This document shows, piece by piece, positions 27,167 through 37,296 of a DNA stretch of 64,000 bases. The stretch is from assembly GCA_046570105.1 (NCBI GenBank), contig JBKHVI010000004.1:1-64000 (forward strand). Direction: 5' to 3'. Each line of letters opens with the position of its first letter. Positions within the stretch are counted from its first letter, which is position 1. The notes under the pieces were generated by a model. It made no database searches. It was not told the DNA's origin and worked only from the letters and a program-made list of their open reading frames with translations. The position numbers and the translations under genes were made by a program. The stretch is from Bacteriovoracia bacterium. Lineage in GTDB: Bacteria; Bdellovibrionota; Bacteriovoracia; Bacteriovoracales; Bacteriovoracaceae.

Positions 27167-27643
27167 ATGCAAGTTTTAACGACCGTTGAGAGACTCGTTT
27201 TAGAATCGATTAGCACTGGAACTAAAGACATCACAGCTTTGATGCGTGATACGCAACTAGAACTTCGCTTCTTGGCGAATATCCTTCATGCCCTGACATT
27301 ACGTAGCTATATCACCATCACAGCAGAGGGTTACAGCGTAAATCGCCATCTGCCTTTGGGTGAAATGCAAAAACTCAACGATCAAAAGCTGCAACGTTAT
27401 GAGGCTCTCGAACTTATCGAAGGTCTCTCAACTGGTCGCACGCAAAATCTAGGCTTGAGGAAAGCATGGGTCAGTGAAAAAGATCGCACAATCCTCAAAG
27501 CGCTTATTAAGAATCTTGAACAATTTATGCAAACACTTCCCCCACCTCCCAAGGATGCATCCTTGCATGACTACACTGTCGTTGTGTGGGGAGAAGATAA
27601 ATATGGAGACGTAGTAAAAAGATTAATTGGAGGTGTCGCTTGA
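27167..27643 (+). CDS. Hypothetical protein with winged-helix-like N-terminus
   Basis: LTTVERLVLESI...L..DTQLE...L.NIL..L....YI wHTH-like pattern; AGGAG SD. Confidence 0.6.
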   Translation: MQVLTTVERLVLESISTGTKDITALMRDTQLELRFLANILHALTLRSYITITAEGYSVNRHLPLGEMQKLNDQKLQRYEALELIEGLSTGRTQNLGLRKAWVSEKDRTILKALIKNLEQFMQTLPPPPKDASLHDYTVVVWGEDKYGDVVKRLIGGVA

Positions 27644-28884
27644 AATTTTTATTTTTAATTCTACTCATCGTCTCTTGTGGGAAAAAATCAACCCAGGATG
27701 ATTATTACCAGACCGACCAGGCGACTTTTTCTCAAGACGCTGATGCAGACGGGATTCAAGACTGGGACGAAATTCATGCTGGGAATAATCCTTTTGTCTC
27801 TAATGTTCAGGAAACATTTCCTGAAATTAACAAAGAAGTGACTCTGGTTCAAAATGATGGACTGGAAGTAGTCATCCAACCGCAAGTCAAAAGAGTACTT
27901 AGAGATTTATTATTAAAAAAATCTCTTGATGCAAATAAAGATTTACCACTACCTGAAGTTTCACAACTTGAGCTTCGGTTTAAAAATCGACCGGCCTACT
28001 GGCGAACAAAGCTCGCTGGTAAACATTTTACGAAGATTCTAAGTATTGCCGGAAAATCGCTTAAGCTTGAGGAGGGTTTTATTAATGAACCGTCTGTAAA
28101 ACTCAATGCCAATCTTTCTGCTGGTACGATCGAAGAACTAACCGACAGGACTTACCGGTTTATTATTTCAACACCTGAAGAAGAAAAGATTTATCGTGTC
28201 TCTTCCAAGCTAAGCATTCGTGACTTCATGACTCAACAGAAGATTTTTCCAACAGGATTAGAGTTAGAAGAGTTTGAGCGTGAATCCTACGGCTGGCGTT
28301 TAGTAAATCTGAGCAAAGATTTTTTCAACACTGCGGTGACAGGAAAAACGTATGCTATTGTATATGGGTCTAGTTCTGATTTCAGGAAACAGGAGATAGG
28401 TGAAAATAAAATTTCACTATTGAGTGAAAATACGAACGCATTTTCCTTCTCACACAAATTAAACATCACTGTATTCATGACTTACGGACAAATGGCTATC
28501 ACTAAAGAAAAAGTTAAACGTTTTGAGCTTTCGCCAAATCCAGATATGTCGGCCCTATGCTCCTACACGACGCGCACACTTGTTAGGCGAGAAAAACAAG
28601 TGTTACCAAACATTGAAAGTGCAATGGGGCTTATTAATTGGGATTCTAGTCAAATCGTAAAGCTTGATTGGTTTGAAGCAGGTCAACTTGGTGTCGCATT
28701 TAATCTGACTATCCAAATCTCTGAAGATGAATGGAAGCCACTTTTTAAGTCAGGTCTCTTAAATAGCGTGATTGAGACGGGCGTGGTTGAAAGTGGATGT
28801 GGGCGAACTGTTCCGGTCAAAAAACAAATTATTCCGCGCATAACTGGTCTTGAAGGCTACCTTTTGCTTGAAGCAAGTTTGTAA
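27640..28884 (+). CDS. Lipoprotein with a DxDxDG (TSP3-like) Ca-binding motif
   Basis: Lipobox LIVS-C; DADADGIQDWDE..AG.NP; GGAGG SD before TTG. Confidence 0.7.
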   Translation: MKFLFLILLIVSCGKKSTQDDYYQTDQATFSQDADADGIQDWDEIHAGNNPFVSNVQETFPEINKEVTLVQNDGLEVVIQPQVKRVLRDLLLKKSLDANKDLPLPEVSQLELRFKNRPAYWRTKLAGKHFTKILSIAGKSLKLEEGFINEPSVKLNANLSAGTIEELTDRTYRFIISTPEEEKIYRVSSKLSIRDFMTQQKIFPTGLELEEFERESYGWRLVNLSKDFFNTAVTGKTYAIVYGSSSDFRKQEIGENKISLLSENTNAFSFSHKLNITVFMTYGQMAITKEKVKRFELSPNPDMSALCSYTTRTLVRREKQVLPNIESAMGLINWDSSQIVKLDWFEAGQLGVAFNLTIQISEDEWKPLFKSGLLNSVIETGVVESGCGRTVPVKKQIIPRITGLEGYLLLEASL

Positions 28885-28914
28885 AATTTAATTGAATAGG
28901 GCTATGATTGGAGC

Positions 28915-29676
28915 ATGGAAGCTCCGATTACAGTCATCAGTAGCAATATTCGATTTGATAATCCAGCCGATGGCGTCAATCAATGGTCAAAACGCAAAGA
29001 TCATTTAGCAAAAACGCTTTTATCCCAATCTCCGCTCATTATCGGTACCCAAGAAGGTCGAGAGCCTCAATTAAGAGAGATGTGTAAACTACTTCCTGGC
29101 TACAGCATGATTGATTTCAACCGTGAGTGGTTGTCAGAAAGAATGTACCCTTGTTTTTTCGTTAAGACTGATTCTGTGAATGTTCTTGATTGTGGTGATA
29201 TTTGGTTATCCGAAACGCCACATATTCCCGGTAGCAGTTCGTTTGATAGTGCTTTTCCACGACTGTGCACTTGGTTGAAGGTTGAAATCAATAAAACGCT
29301 TTGGCTTTTTGCTAATGTCCATCTTGATCATGTAAAGCTCTCCACCAGATTGGCGCAAGTGGGTGTCTTAGGTGAGGAAATTAATAAAATCAAAACAACT
29401 GAAAAATTAATTATTCTCGGTGACTTCAATGATTCGCCTCAATCGGAATTAAGAGATCATTTGTTAAGTCACTTTCCAACGCTCCATGATCCGTGGCTTG
29501 GACCAGAAGAATCTTCTCATCATCCGTTTACCGGTGACCACCCGGATGGTTCACGAATAGATTGGATATTGGTTGAGGGTCAATTTAAGAACTCGGAGAT
29601 GAAGATGCTCAAAGATTCGCATCAAGGCCATTGGCCCTCGGACCATTTCCCGATATGCTGTCATATCAAAGCTTAA
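28915..29676 (+). CDS. Endonuclease/exonuclease/phosphatase family protein
   Basis: SSNIR, GTQE, NVHLDH, GDFN, RIDWI, PSDHFP. Confidence 0.92.
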   Translation: MEAPITVISSNIRFDNPADGVNQWSKRKDHLAKTLLSQSPLIIGTQEGREPQLREMCKLLPGYSMIDFNREWLSERMYPCFFVKTDSVNVLDCGDIWLSETPHIPGSSSFDSAFPRLCTWLKVEINKTLWLFANVHLDHVKLSTRLAQVGVLGEEINKIKTTEKLIILGDFNDSPQSELRDHLLSHFPTLHDPWLGPEESSHHPFTGDHPDGSRIDWILVEGQFKNSEMKMLKDSHQGHWPSDHFPICCHIKA

Positions 29677-30598
29677 CGCCTACTTCATCACCAAGCTGAA
29701 TATATGTTTCACGTCCTTCAGCGGTGTTCTTCAGCATATCAGCGCTAGGTTTCCAAGCACCCTTCTCACCTAAAAGAACAACGGTAGATCCACCGAATAG
29801 GAAATAACCTTTTTCTTCTCCACGACGGAACGGTTTATTCCAAGCATGACTCTGCACAATCTTACCTACACAGATGGCCCCGACTTCAACATAGGCAAGG
29901 CGTCCAAAATTTTCAGTTTGTAGCAATGTCACATAGCGCTCATTAGCGATCAGAATATCGCCTTTCAGCTTCAGAGCAAGTGGATTCACAGAATCGTAGC
30001 GTCCATGAACAGGAAAATGATCAAGCACTTTGCCATTATCAGGATAATGGTAGCGATGGTAATCAACCGGACAAAGCCGCGCCACCATCAACGGGCCACC
30101 TTCGAAAGGCTTGGCAATATCTGGGTTGCCTAAAATCCCTGCAGCGGTAAGAAACTTTCCCTTCACTGGAAATTGAATCGTGTTATCAACATTGGCATAA
30201 CCCACATAGCGGGCCTCAGCAAAGGCGGGCATACGATGTGGCTCATTTACAGTAGAGCGTGCACCCAATTTAAGTTTACGAATAAAAAATTCATTGAAGG
30301 TCGCATAAGAGTCACGAATATCTGATGCTGGCAGAGAACCTTTCTCATATTGATCAATATCGATATTAAATTTCTCAATAAACGGTCTAACTTTTTTATG
30401 AGAAGACGGTCGCTCTTGAAATGCTCCGTATATCTTACTAAATACCTTGTTAGTAAAAACCCCTCCAGTCTGTTTTCCCAGAGAAGATTGGTAAAGAAAG
30501 CGAATAAACTTATCACCATAAACCTTCTCTATTTCCATACGGTTATGGGCACGGTGCCAAAATGTGATGTCGCTCTGCAAATTACGCGCGTTGTCCAT
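29666..30598 (-). CDS. psd: Phosphatidylserine decarboxylase
   Basis: FNEFFIRKLK, RLCPVDYHRYH, VGAICVG, GGST self-cleavage motif; start moved to ATG 30598. Confidence 0.92.
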   Translation of the reverse strand: MDNARNLQSDITFWHRAHNRMEIEKVYGDKFIRFLYQSSLGKQTGGVFTNKVFSKIYGAFQERPSSHKKVRPFIEKFNIDIDQYEKGSLPASDIRDSYATFNEFFIRKLKLGARSTVNEPHRMPAFAEARYVGYANVDNTIQFPVKGKFLTAAGILGNPDIAKPFEGGPLMVARLCPVDYHRYHYPDNGKVLDHFPVHGRYDSVNPLALKLKGDILIANERYVTLLQTENFGRLAYVEVGAICVGKIVQSHAWNKPFRRGEEKGYFLFGGSTVVLLGEKGAWKPSADMLKNTAEGRETYIQLGDEVGVKL

Positions 30599-30668
30599 GG
30601 GAAATCCTATTGGGGAAATTGAGCAGTCTCTACTATACTCAAAAACATCTTCAAAACAAGGAGCAACC

Positions 30669-31709
30669 ATGCTGCAACTTATCCTTAGCCTCCTCCTTAT
30701 GATGACTAGTTCCAACTCATGGGCCCAGTCCGATCGCTTGCTGGAAGTCGAACAAAAAACAATTGCTCTCTATCGAGAAATTCTTCCTTCCGTGGTGAAC
30801 GTATCGAATATTAAAATTGCTCGCCACCTTCTTTATGGCACTGTTGAAGTGCCTCAAGGTGCGGGTTCAGGATTTGTTTGGGACAACCAAGGTCACATTG
30901 TTACAAACTTTCACGTAGTGAATGGTGGTAATGAATTTGTAATCACTTTTCAAAATGATCAAAAGCAATATTCCGCAAAACTTGTCGGATCTGAACCAAA
31001 AAAAGATATCGCTGTTCTGAAACTTAAAGAGCTGCCAAAAAAATTAGTTCCGATCAAGGTAGGAGATTCCAAAGGTTTGCAGGTTGGCCAAATGACTCTG
31101 GCGATCGGTTCGCCTTTTGGTCTTGATCATACGCTTACGACGGGAATTGTAAGTGCCTTAGGCAGAAAGATTGATGGATTTGGTGGAGTCAAAATCCACG
31201 ACATGATTCAAACCGATGCCGCAATTAATATGGGTAACTCAGGCGGGCCCTTATTGAACTCAAGTGGTGCACTGATCGGTATGAATACCATGATCTTTTC
31301 GACTTCGGGATCAAGTGCCGGACTAGGATTTGCTGTGCCGGTTGATACGGTAAAAATGATTGTGCCTCAGCTGATTATTCACGGACGTATTATTCGCCCA
31401 GGCCTAGGAATTGGGATCGTTCCCGAGAACATGCGCGAGCGTCTGGGTCTCTCCGAAAAAGGTGTGATCATTTCTCATATCGATGAAAGTGGCGCCGCTG
31501 GAAAGGCGGGGCTTAAAGGCATGACTCAGGATCGCTTTGGAAGAGTCTATCTTGGAGACGTCATACTCTCGGTTGATAACAAAGAAGTGAATAGTTTAGA
31601 TGACATCTTTCATGTGCTTGAGAGCTATAAAATCGGAGATACCGTTTCTCTAAAATATCGTCGTGGCGATAAAACTCAAGTGACTAAAGTTAAACTACAG
31701 TCGCTCTAA
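30669..31709 (+). CDS. HtrA/DegP-family serine protease (trypsin plus one PDZ)
   Basis: Signal peptide; TNFHV, DIAVL, GNSGG catalytic triad; PDZ GDVI; start moved to ATG 30669. Confidence 0.93.
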   Translation: MLQLILSLLLMMTSSNSWAQSDRLLEVEQKTIALYREILPSVVNVSNIKIARHLLYGTVEVPQGAGSGFVWDNQGHIVTNFHVVNGGNEFVITFQNDQKQYSAKLVGSEPKKDIAVLKLKELPKKLVPIKVGDSKGLQVGQMTLAIGSPFGLDHTLTTGIVSALGRKIDGFGGVKIHDMIQTDAAINMGNSGGPLLNSSGALIGMNTMIFSTSGSSAGLGFAVPVDTVKMIVPQLIIHGRIIRPGLGIGIVPENMRERLGLSEKGVIISHIDESGAAGKAGLKGMTQDRFGRVYLGDVILSVDNKEVNSLDDIFHVLESYKIGDTVSLKYRRGDKTQVTKVKLQSL

Positions 31710-32846
31710 ATTTTTTAATGCCGCTTGTAGAGTCTCTTGCTTTTTAGCAAAGCAGAAGCGCAAATACTCATGGCCCTCTTTCGATTTTAGATAAAAAGCG
31801 GAAGGGGGCACTGTCGCCACTTGATATGTTTTAACTAACTCCATGGCATAATCAACATCACTAAGCTGAGTTTTGCTACGAATCGGCACCATCATGAAAT
31901 AAGTTCCACGAGGGATCGCAAACTCAAATCCCAGTCGTTTTAGACCAGCGTAGAAGAAATCTCTTTTTTCAAGATACGTCTTTTGAAAAACGGGAAGGTA
32001 GGATTCAAGTTGCTTGAGTCCATCAGCCACTGCTTCTTGAAGTGGCGTTGCCACTGAAAATGTGACGTACTGATGAACCAGTCGAACAGCTTGAGAAAGA
32101 GATCCAGGAGCACAGATCCAACCGGTTTTCCAACCCGTTAAACCAAAAGTTTTACCAGCAGAGCTAATGGTGAATGTGCGCTCATACATCCCAGGAAAAA
32201 GAGCGAGCGGGTAATGTTTGGCACCATCAAACAAAAGAAACTCATAGACCTCATCACTTATAACTAAGAGGTCATGCTTCACAGCAAAGCGCGAGACCAT
32301 CTCGAGCTCACTCTTCTCCCATACTTTGCCCGAAGGATTGTGAGGGTTATTTACAATGATCATTTTGGTTTTGGACGACACAGCTGCTTCGAGCTCAGAC
32401 TCAACTACTGTAAAACTCGGCGCGTGCATAGTCACTGGCACCGCCTTGCCGCCCGCCATTTCAATTGAAGCGACATATGAGTCATAGAATGGCTCAAGGA
32501 CAATCACTTCATCTCCTGGATCAACACAGGCGGTAATGGTCGTAAATAAGGCCTCAGTGGCACCCACAGTAATTGTGATCTCAGATTCAGGGTTATAACT
32601 AAGCTTATAATAGCGTTGATAATAATCACTCACCGACTGACGAAGCGAGGGTGCACCCATAAAAGGAGCGTATTGCCCGTGCCCTTGCTGAATTTTTTCC
32701 TGAGCGATTTTTTTAAGCCATTCTGGTCCGTCAAAATCGGGAAAACCTTGACCTAGGTTCACTGCCTGATGATCTCGAGCGAGCTTAGACATCACGCCAA
32801 AGATAGAGTCTTTAAAATGAGCAATTCGTTGAGCTGTTTTTTTCAT
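31695..32846 (-). CDS. PLP-dependent class I/II aminotransferase (YbdL/kynurenine-type)
   Basis: AVNLGQGFPDF, NNPHNP.GKV, SDEVY, SAGKTF..TGWK.G, RFCFAK. Confidence 0.92.
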   Translation of the reverse strand: MKKTAQRIAHFKDSIFGVMSKLARDHQAVNLGQGFPDFDGPEWLKKIAQEKIQQGHGQYAPFMGAPSLRQSVSDYYQRYYKLSYNPESEITITVGATEALFTTITACVDPGDEVIVLEPFYDSYVASIEMAGGKAVPVTMHAPSFTVVESELEAAVSSKTKMIIVNNPHNPSGKVWEKSELEMVSRFAVKHDLLVISDEVYEFLLFDGAKHYPLALFPGMYERTFTISSAGKTFGLTGWKTGWICAPGSLSQAVRLVHQYVTFSVATPLQEAVADGLKQLESYLPVFQKTYLEKRDFFYAGLKRLGFEFAIPRGTYFMMVPIRSKTQLSDVDYAMELVKTYQVATVPPSAFYLKSKEGHEYLRFCFAKKQETLQAALKNLERL

Positions 32847-32864
32847 GGAGGCCTTATAGCATAA

Positions 32865-33881
32865 CTAGAGGCGTGGATCCATGGCATCCCGCGTGGCTTC
32901 TCCCACCAATGAGAGCATGGTGAGGGTCAAAAACATCGCCAAAGAGGGGAATACCGCTAACCACCACCCGATGGTGAAGTTTTGTTGGGCCTGATTCAAT
33001 AATTCCCCCCAACTTGGTGTGGGAGGCGTAAGACCAAAACCTAAATAATCTAGACTCGCCAATCCTACAATATTGCCCGAGATAACAAAGGGCGTGAAAG
33101 TTATGATGGGACCAAGAGAGTTTGGAAGTAAGTGGCGAAAGAAAATCCGAATATGGCCCGCACCAATGGCACGTGCACCTTCTACGAAGTCCATTTTTCT
33201 ATTTTTAAGAAATTCACCGCGGACATAGTAACTAATACTAATCCAGCCAAAGAGGCATGAAATTAACACAAGTAGAAGAAGAGTCGGTTTAAAAATAGCA
33301 ATCAAGATAATTAACAAGAAAAATTGGGGAACAGTGCTGAGAATCTCAACGATTCGTTGTCCCCAGAAATCAATCCGCCCACCCTTCCAACCCATCACAC
33401 CACCAATCACCGTTCCAATTAAAAAGGTGATCATCCAAACTAATACAGCGTAGGTCATGGAGTAGCGCAGACCATAGAGAAGTCGAGTGAGAATATCGCG
33501 GCCACGATCATCGGTACCAAACCAATTCTTATTTGAGGGCGGGGCAGGATATTTATCTAAGTTATAATTTGATTCAAAAGGATCCCACTTAACTACAGGC
33601 CATATAACTGAATCATTTTCGCTGAGTTTGATCGTGCGATAATCTGGCGCCACACGATTGAGTTGCCCAAAGGCACTCGCTGGGTACTCATTGATAATGG
33701 GAAAATAGCTTTTGCCAGCATAGCTTAAATAGATCGGTTTGCTATTGGCCCACCATTCAGCTGAAAAGCTAAAAAAACAAGCAACAACCAATGACCAAAG
33801 ACTAATAAAGGCCAAGCGACGAGACTTAAACCGTCTCCATCGGCGAAGCGAAATATCATTTTTTATCCAACGTTCAATCAT
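32865..33881 (-). CDS. Peptide ABC transporter permease (OppC/YejE-like)
   Basis: FGTDDRGRD, EAA-like loop, LDYLGFG..PP.PSWG. Confidence 0.92.
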   Translation of the reverse strand: MIERWIKNDISLRRWRRFKSRRLAFISLWSLVVACFFSFSAEWWANSKPIYLSYAGKSYFPIINEYPASAFGQLNRVAPDYRTIKLSENDSVIWPVVKWDPFESNYNLDKYPAPPSNKNWFGTDDRGRDILTRLLYGLRYSMTYAVLVWMITFLIGTVIGGVMGWKGGRIDFWGQRIVEILSTVPQFFLLIILIAIFKPTLLLLVLISCLFGWISISYYVRGEFLKNRKMDFVEGARAIGAGHIRIFFRHLLPNSLGPIITFTPFVISGNIVGLASLDYLGFGLTPPTPSWGELLNQAQQNFTIGWWLAVFPSLAMFLTLTMLSLVGEATRDAMDPRL

Positions 33882-34906
33882 GTGAAATCAATCCTTGGAT
33901 CAACGAGAACATAAGCAATATCACTCAAAAGGTTGCCAATCAAAAAGAGCACACTTTGAGCAAACACGAGGCCCATGATGACATTATAATCACGCGACAA
34001 AACCGATTTGTAACTCAAGAGACCCACCCCATCGAGTTGGAAGATCGTCTCTAGTAACAATGAGCCGGCAAAGAACACTGTTAAGAAACTACCTAGGCCC
34101 GTCACAATAGGAATAAGGGCATTTCTTAGAGCGTGCTTCAAATGAACGTTGCGCTCGTGCACACCTTTGGCACGTGCAGTACGGACATAGTCTTTTTTGA
34201 TTTCTTCAATCAGTGAGTTCTTCATCAAAAGAGTAAGAGAAGTGAATGAACCAATAGTGTAACAAACAAGTGGCAACACAAAATGGTGCAAGCGATCTAA
34301 TACTTTTCCAACAAAGGATAGATCTTCGTAATAATCCGAGCTGATACGGCCAATGGGGAACATATCTAAAAAACTTCCACCGCCTAAGAAAACAATCAAG
34401 AGAATTGCCAGCATAAAGGGTGGTATTGAGTAGGTAACAAAAAGGATGAGGCTGGATGATGTATCAAAGACACTACCGTGTCGCAAAGCTTTCATAATCC
34501 CTAAGGGTATTGAAATGAGGTAGCTCAATAACAGTGAGGCAATACCAAATTGCAAAGAGACCGGAAACTTCGAAACGATCACATCCACCACTGGCTCTTC
34601 ATACGTAAAGCTCTCACCCAGATCGAGGGTGGCAATATTTTTGAGCCAGATGAAATAGCGCATGTAGAGGGGCTTATCAAAACCATACTGTTTATTAAGT
34701 GCTGCCAGCACTTCATCTGAAACAGTACTTGAACCACGACCACCTGACTCTCCTCCAGCATTCATACCACCGCCAAAGCGCAACTGCTGGAGCTTTTGCT
34801 CAACTGGTGAACCCGGAGCAAGATTAATGATGGCAAAAACAATCAGTGTGACCCCGATCAATGTCGGGATCATCACTAAGAATCTTTTGAGAAGGTACTT
34901 ACCCAC
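33878..34906 (-). CDS. Peptide ABC transporter permease (OppB/YejB-like)
   Basis: DLG.S, DYVRTARAKG, KHALRNALIP, RDY, VDPRI. Confidence 0.93.
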   Translation of the reverse strand: MGKYLLKRFLVMIPTLIGVTLIVFAIINLAPGSPVEQKLQQLRFGGGMNAGGESGGRGSSTVSDEVLAALNKQYGFDKPLYMRYFIWLKNIATLDLGESFTYEEPVVDVIVSKFPVSLQFGIASLLLSYLISIPLGIMKALRHGSVFDTSSSLILFVTYSIPPFMLAILLIVFLGGGSFLDMFPIGRISSDYYEDLSFVGKVLDRLHHFVLPLVCYTIGSFTSLTLLMKNSLIEEIKKDYVRTARAKGVHERNVHLKHALRNALIPIVTGLGSFLTVFFAGSLLLETIFQLDGVGLLSYKSVLSRDYNVIMGLVFAQSVLFLIGNLLSDIAYVLVDPRIDFT

Positions 34907-36516
34907 TACGGCACCAAGGTCCAGTACTGCGTACCTACACCATAAGTGAAAGTATCACGGGTTTTCTGGATGCGGCCGTTGTGAGCGTATAGCGTCGTTT
35001 TACCGGCAAAAATAAATAAGTACGGCGAATCGTTAGCAATCGTTTCATAGACCTTATTTAAAAGTTTAATGCGTTTTTCACGATCATGCTCTTTGCGAGC
35101 TTGGTCAATCATGCGATCCACTTCTGGCACGGCATAACCAATGAAGTTAGAGCCATTTTCTCCGATTGAAGCTGAATGCCAAATTTGTTTTGGATCTGGA
35201 TCTCCGGTGCCAGGTCCCCAGGCCAAGCGTACAGCATCAAATTTCCTTTCATCGATCAACTTTAAGAATGAGTTCCATTCGATCTGTTGGATATTGATTT
35301 CAATACCGACTTTCTTGGCTTCTTCTTTATAAATAGTGAGGTATTTCACATAATCCGGTAGAGGCTCGAGGATAGAAACCGAGAACTGCGTTTTTTTGCC
35401 TTTTATAACTTTATCCAAAAGACCATCCCCGTCGGTATCTTTCCAACCAGCATCCGTCAAAAGCTTCAATGCTCCCTCGGGATCAAATCCTACTGGCTTG
35501 AGTGATGATGGATGGAAATCACTTGATGGTTCAATCGGGCCATCAGCATGGGCCGAGAGATTGAACTCAAACTTATCCATCGCGAAATCGCGATTATAAA
35601 GTTTTGCCAATGCGACACGAACTTTTTTATCCGAAAGAATAGGATGACGAAGATTCCAACCGACAAAAGTATACCCTTTTGGAGCTTTGTTAGTTGTTTT
35701 AACCTTGAAAAGCTTAGTACCCCACTCTGGGCCATCGGTGCGCTTCATAAAGGCTTCTGGGCGAAGAGAAACATAATCGAGATCGCCTTTCTTAAATGTT
35801 TCAAGAATGACGTTCTCTTCAGTTAAAAAGCGCATAACAAGACGAGGATAGTTCCAAGTCAGTTTGTTGCCTTCCACCTGGCGTCCCCACCAGTCTTCGT
35901 TGCGATCAAAGACTATACGTTTACCTTTCTCGTATTGAGTGAATTTATAAGCACCTGTGCCAATCAATTTCTTTGAGAACTCTTTCTTGTTAGCCTGGTC
36001 ACCGTAAAAATGTTTCGGAAGAACAGTCAGTCCTGCAGCGACATCAAAGTTTTTGAAATAATCATCTTTCAAATAGAACTTGATGGTTTGAGCATCCACG
36101 ATTTCGACTTTTTCGATATTTTCGTAATAGGGACGCAAGTGAGCAGTTTTAAAATTCTCATCAAAAATAGCATCAAAAGAGAATTTCACATCTTCGACAG
36201 TGAGTGGTTTTCCATCATGCCACTTAACGCCTTCGCGCAATACAAAGGTATAAGATTTTTTATCTTTAGATACTTCCCAGCTTTTAGCGAGTGCCGGTTT
36301 CCACTGATAAGTCTCAATGTCGCGCTCAAGCAAAGTCTCTAAAACATAGGCTTGCACAATACTTCCCGCTCCATCATTGGATGAGAGTGGATCAAGTGAT
36401 GAGGGCTCACCCTGGGTGTTATTGATAAAGAATGTGCCCTGAGAAGCTTGCGATTTCTTTTCTTGGCAAGCTGCCAACACGGCCAACATAGCAAGACAGA
36501 TAACAATACGTTTCAT
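34906..36516 (-). CDS. Peptide ABC transporter substrate-binding lipoprotein (SBP family 5)
   Basis: Lipobox LAA-C; PALAKSW, LR.GVKWHDG.PLT.EDV.FS, GTG.Y. Confidence 0.93.
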   Translation of the reverse strand: MKRIVICLAMLAVLAACQEKKSQASQGTFFINNTQGEPSSLDPLSSNDGAGSIVQAYVLETLLERDIETYQWKPALAKSWEVSKDKKSYTFVLREGVKWHDGKPLTVEDVKFSFDAIFDENFKTAHLRPYYENIEKVEIVDAQTIKFYLKDDYFKNFDVAAGLTVLPKHFYGDQANKKEFSKKLIGTGAYKFTQYEKGKRIVFDRNEDWWGRQVEGNKLTWNYPRLVMRFLTEENVILETFKKGDLDYVSLRPEAFMKRTDGPEWGTKLFKVKTTNKAPKGYTFVGWNLRHPILSDKKVRVALAKLYNRDFAMDKFEFNLSAHADGPIEPSSDFHPSSLKPVGFDPEGALKLLTDAGWKDTDGDGLLDKVIKGKKTQFSVSILEPLPDYVKYLTIYKEEAKKVGIEINIQQIEWNSFLKLIDERKFDAVRLAWGPGTGDPDPKQIWHSASIGENGSNFIGYAVPEVDRMIDQARKEHDREKRIKLLNKVYETIANDSPYLFIFAGKTTLYAHNGRIQKTRDTFTYGVGTQYWTLVP

Positions 36517-36536
36517 TTGAAAGACTCCTTACGTGT

Positions 36537-37232
36537 CTATTTGTGAAAATATGAATCAGGATCGAGTGACCAGCGATCGACAGTGAAGTTATGTTCGTGA
36601 ATCCGGTAGGACTCCAGCTTACTCTCCACTTCATTTAACCGAGCTTCCGCTTGCTTAAATGCGACCAGCGAATTGGCCTTATCTTCTTCTAGGGCAGCAA
36701 GATCTTTATTCCACTCCGCCTCTAGTTTTTGTCTTAGTATTTCATAACGCTTGTTGGTGGCTTCGACTTTCTCAACATGAGCATCGAGATCTCTTTCGTG
36801 ATGGCGTTTTCTGGCCAGTAAAGCCATTCTCTTTTTTAAAAGGATCTCAACCAACTCATGAGCTGCTTTTAAATTATTCTCAAGATCCTTGCTCCAAAAA
36901 TGTAAGTAGCTACCCGTCGTTACATGCACGCGAAGTACACACTGAGCAAAATCAGGAACCTTTACCAGTAGATACTCATTACTGCGGGCCTCAACCACTG
37001 AAACACACCGCTGCGAAGGATAGGTTTCGTTCCAAAACTCAAGCCGATCACCTCGATTTAAAAATTTGGCATTTTTAAAATCAACACGAATACGAACAAG
37101 CTGAGCAATATTATTAATCCGCGAAACACGGCCAGGAAATGTAGCTTCAACAGCATTTTTTGCTGTTGTAATATCTTCCATCGCGAAAGCGTTGAGACTG
37201 ATTAAGAGTAAGAAAAACGGACTAAGTCGCAT
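36537..37232 (-). CDS. Secreted hypothetical protein with C-terminal coiled coil
   Basis: Signal peptide (NAFA-ME); beta N-domain; charged heptad region. Confidence 0.7.
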   Translation of the reverse strand: MRLSPFFLLLISLNAFAMEDITTAKNAVEATFPGRVSRINNIAQLVRIRVDFKNAKFLNRGDRLEFWNETYPSQRCVSVVEARSNEYLLVKVPDFAQCVLRVHVTTGSYLHFWSKDLENNLKAAHELVEILLKKRMALLARKRHHERDLDAHVEKVEATNKRYEILRQKLEAEWNKDLAALEEDKANSLVAFKQAEARLNEVESKLESYRIHEHNFTVDRWSLDPDSYFHK

Positions 37233-37296
37233 AAGGTTATTATGCCACTCCTGTCCTAGGAGCCAAGGAAAGATTGAGAGAAACTTATTTGATCAG

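Noticed and set aside
30564..30715. Overlapping divergent N-termini of psd and the HtrA protease
   Set aside because: Longest-ORF artefact; internal ATGs at 30598 and 30669 remove the overlap
32865..36516. Peptide ABC cluster lacking an ATPase as a novel system
   Set aside because: ATPase genes are often encoded elsewhere; this cannot be judged from one window
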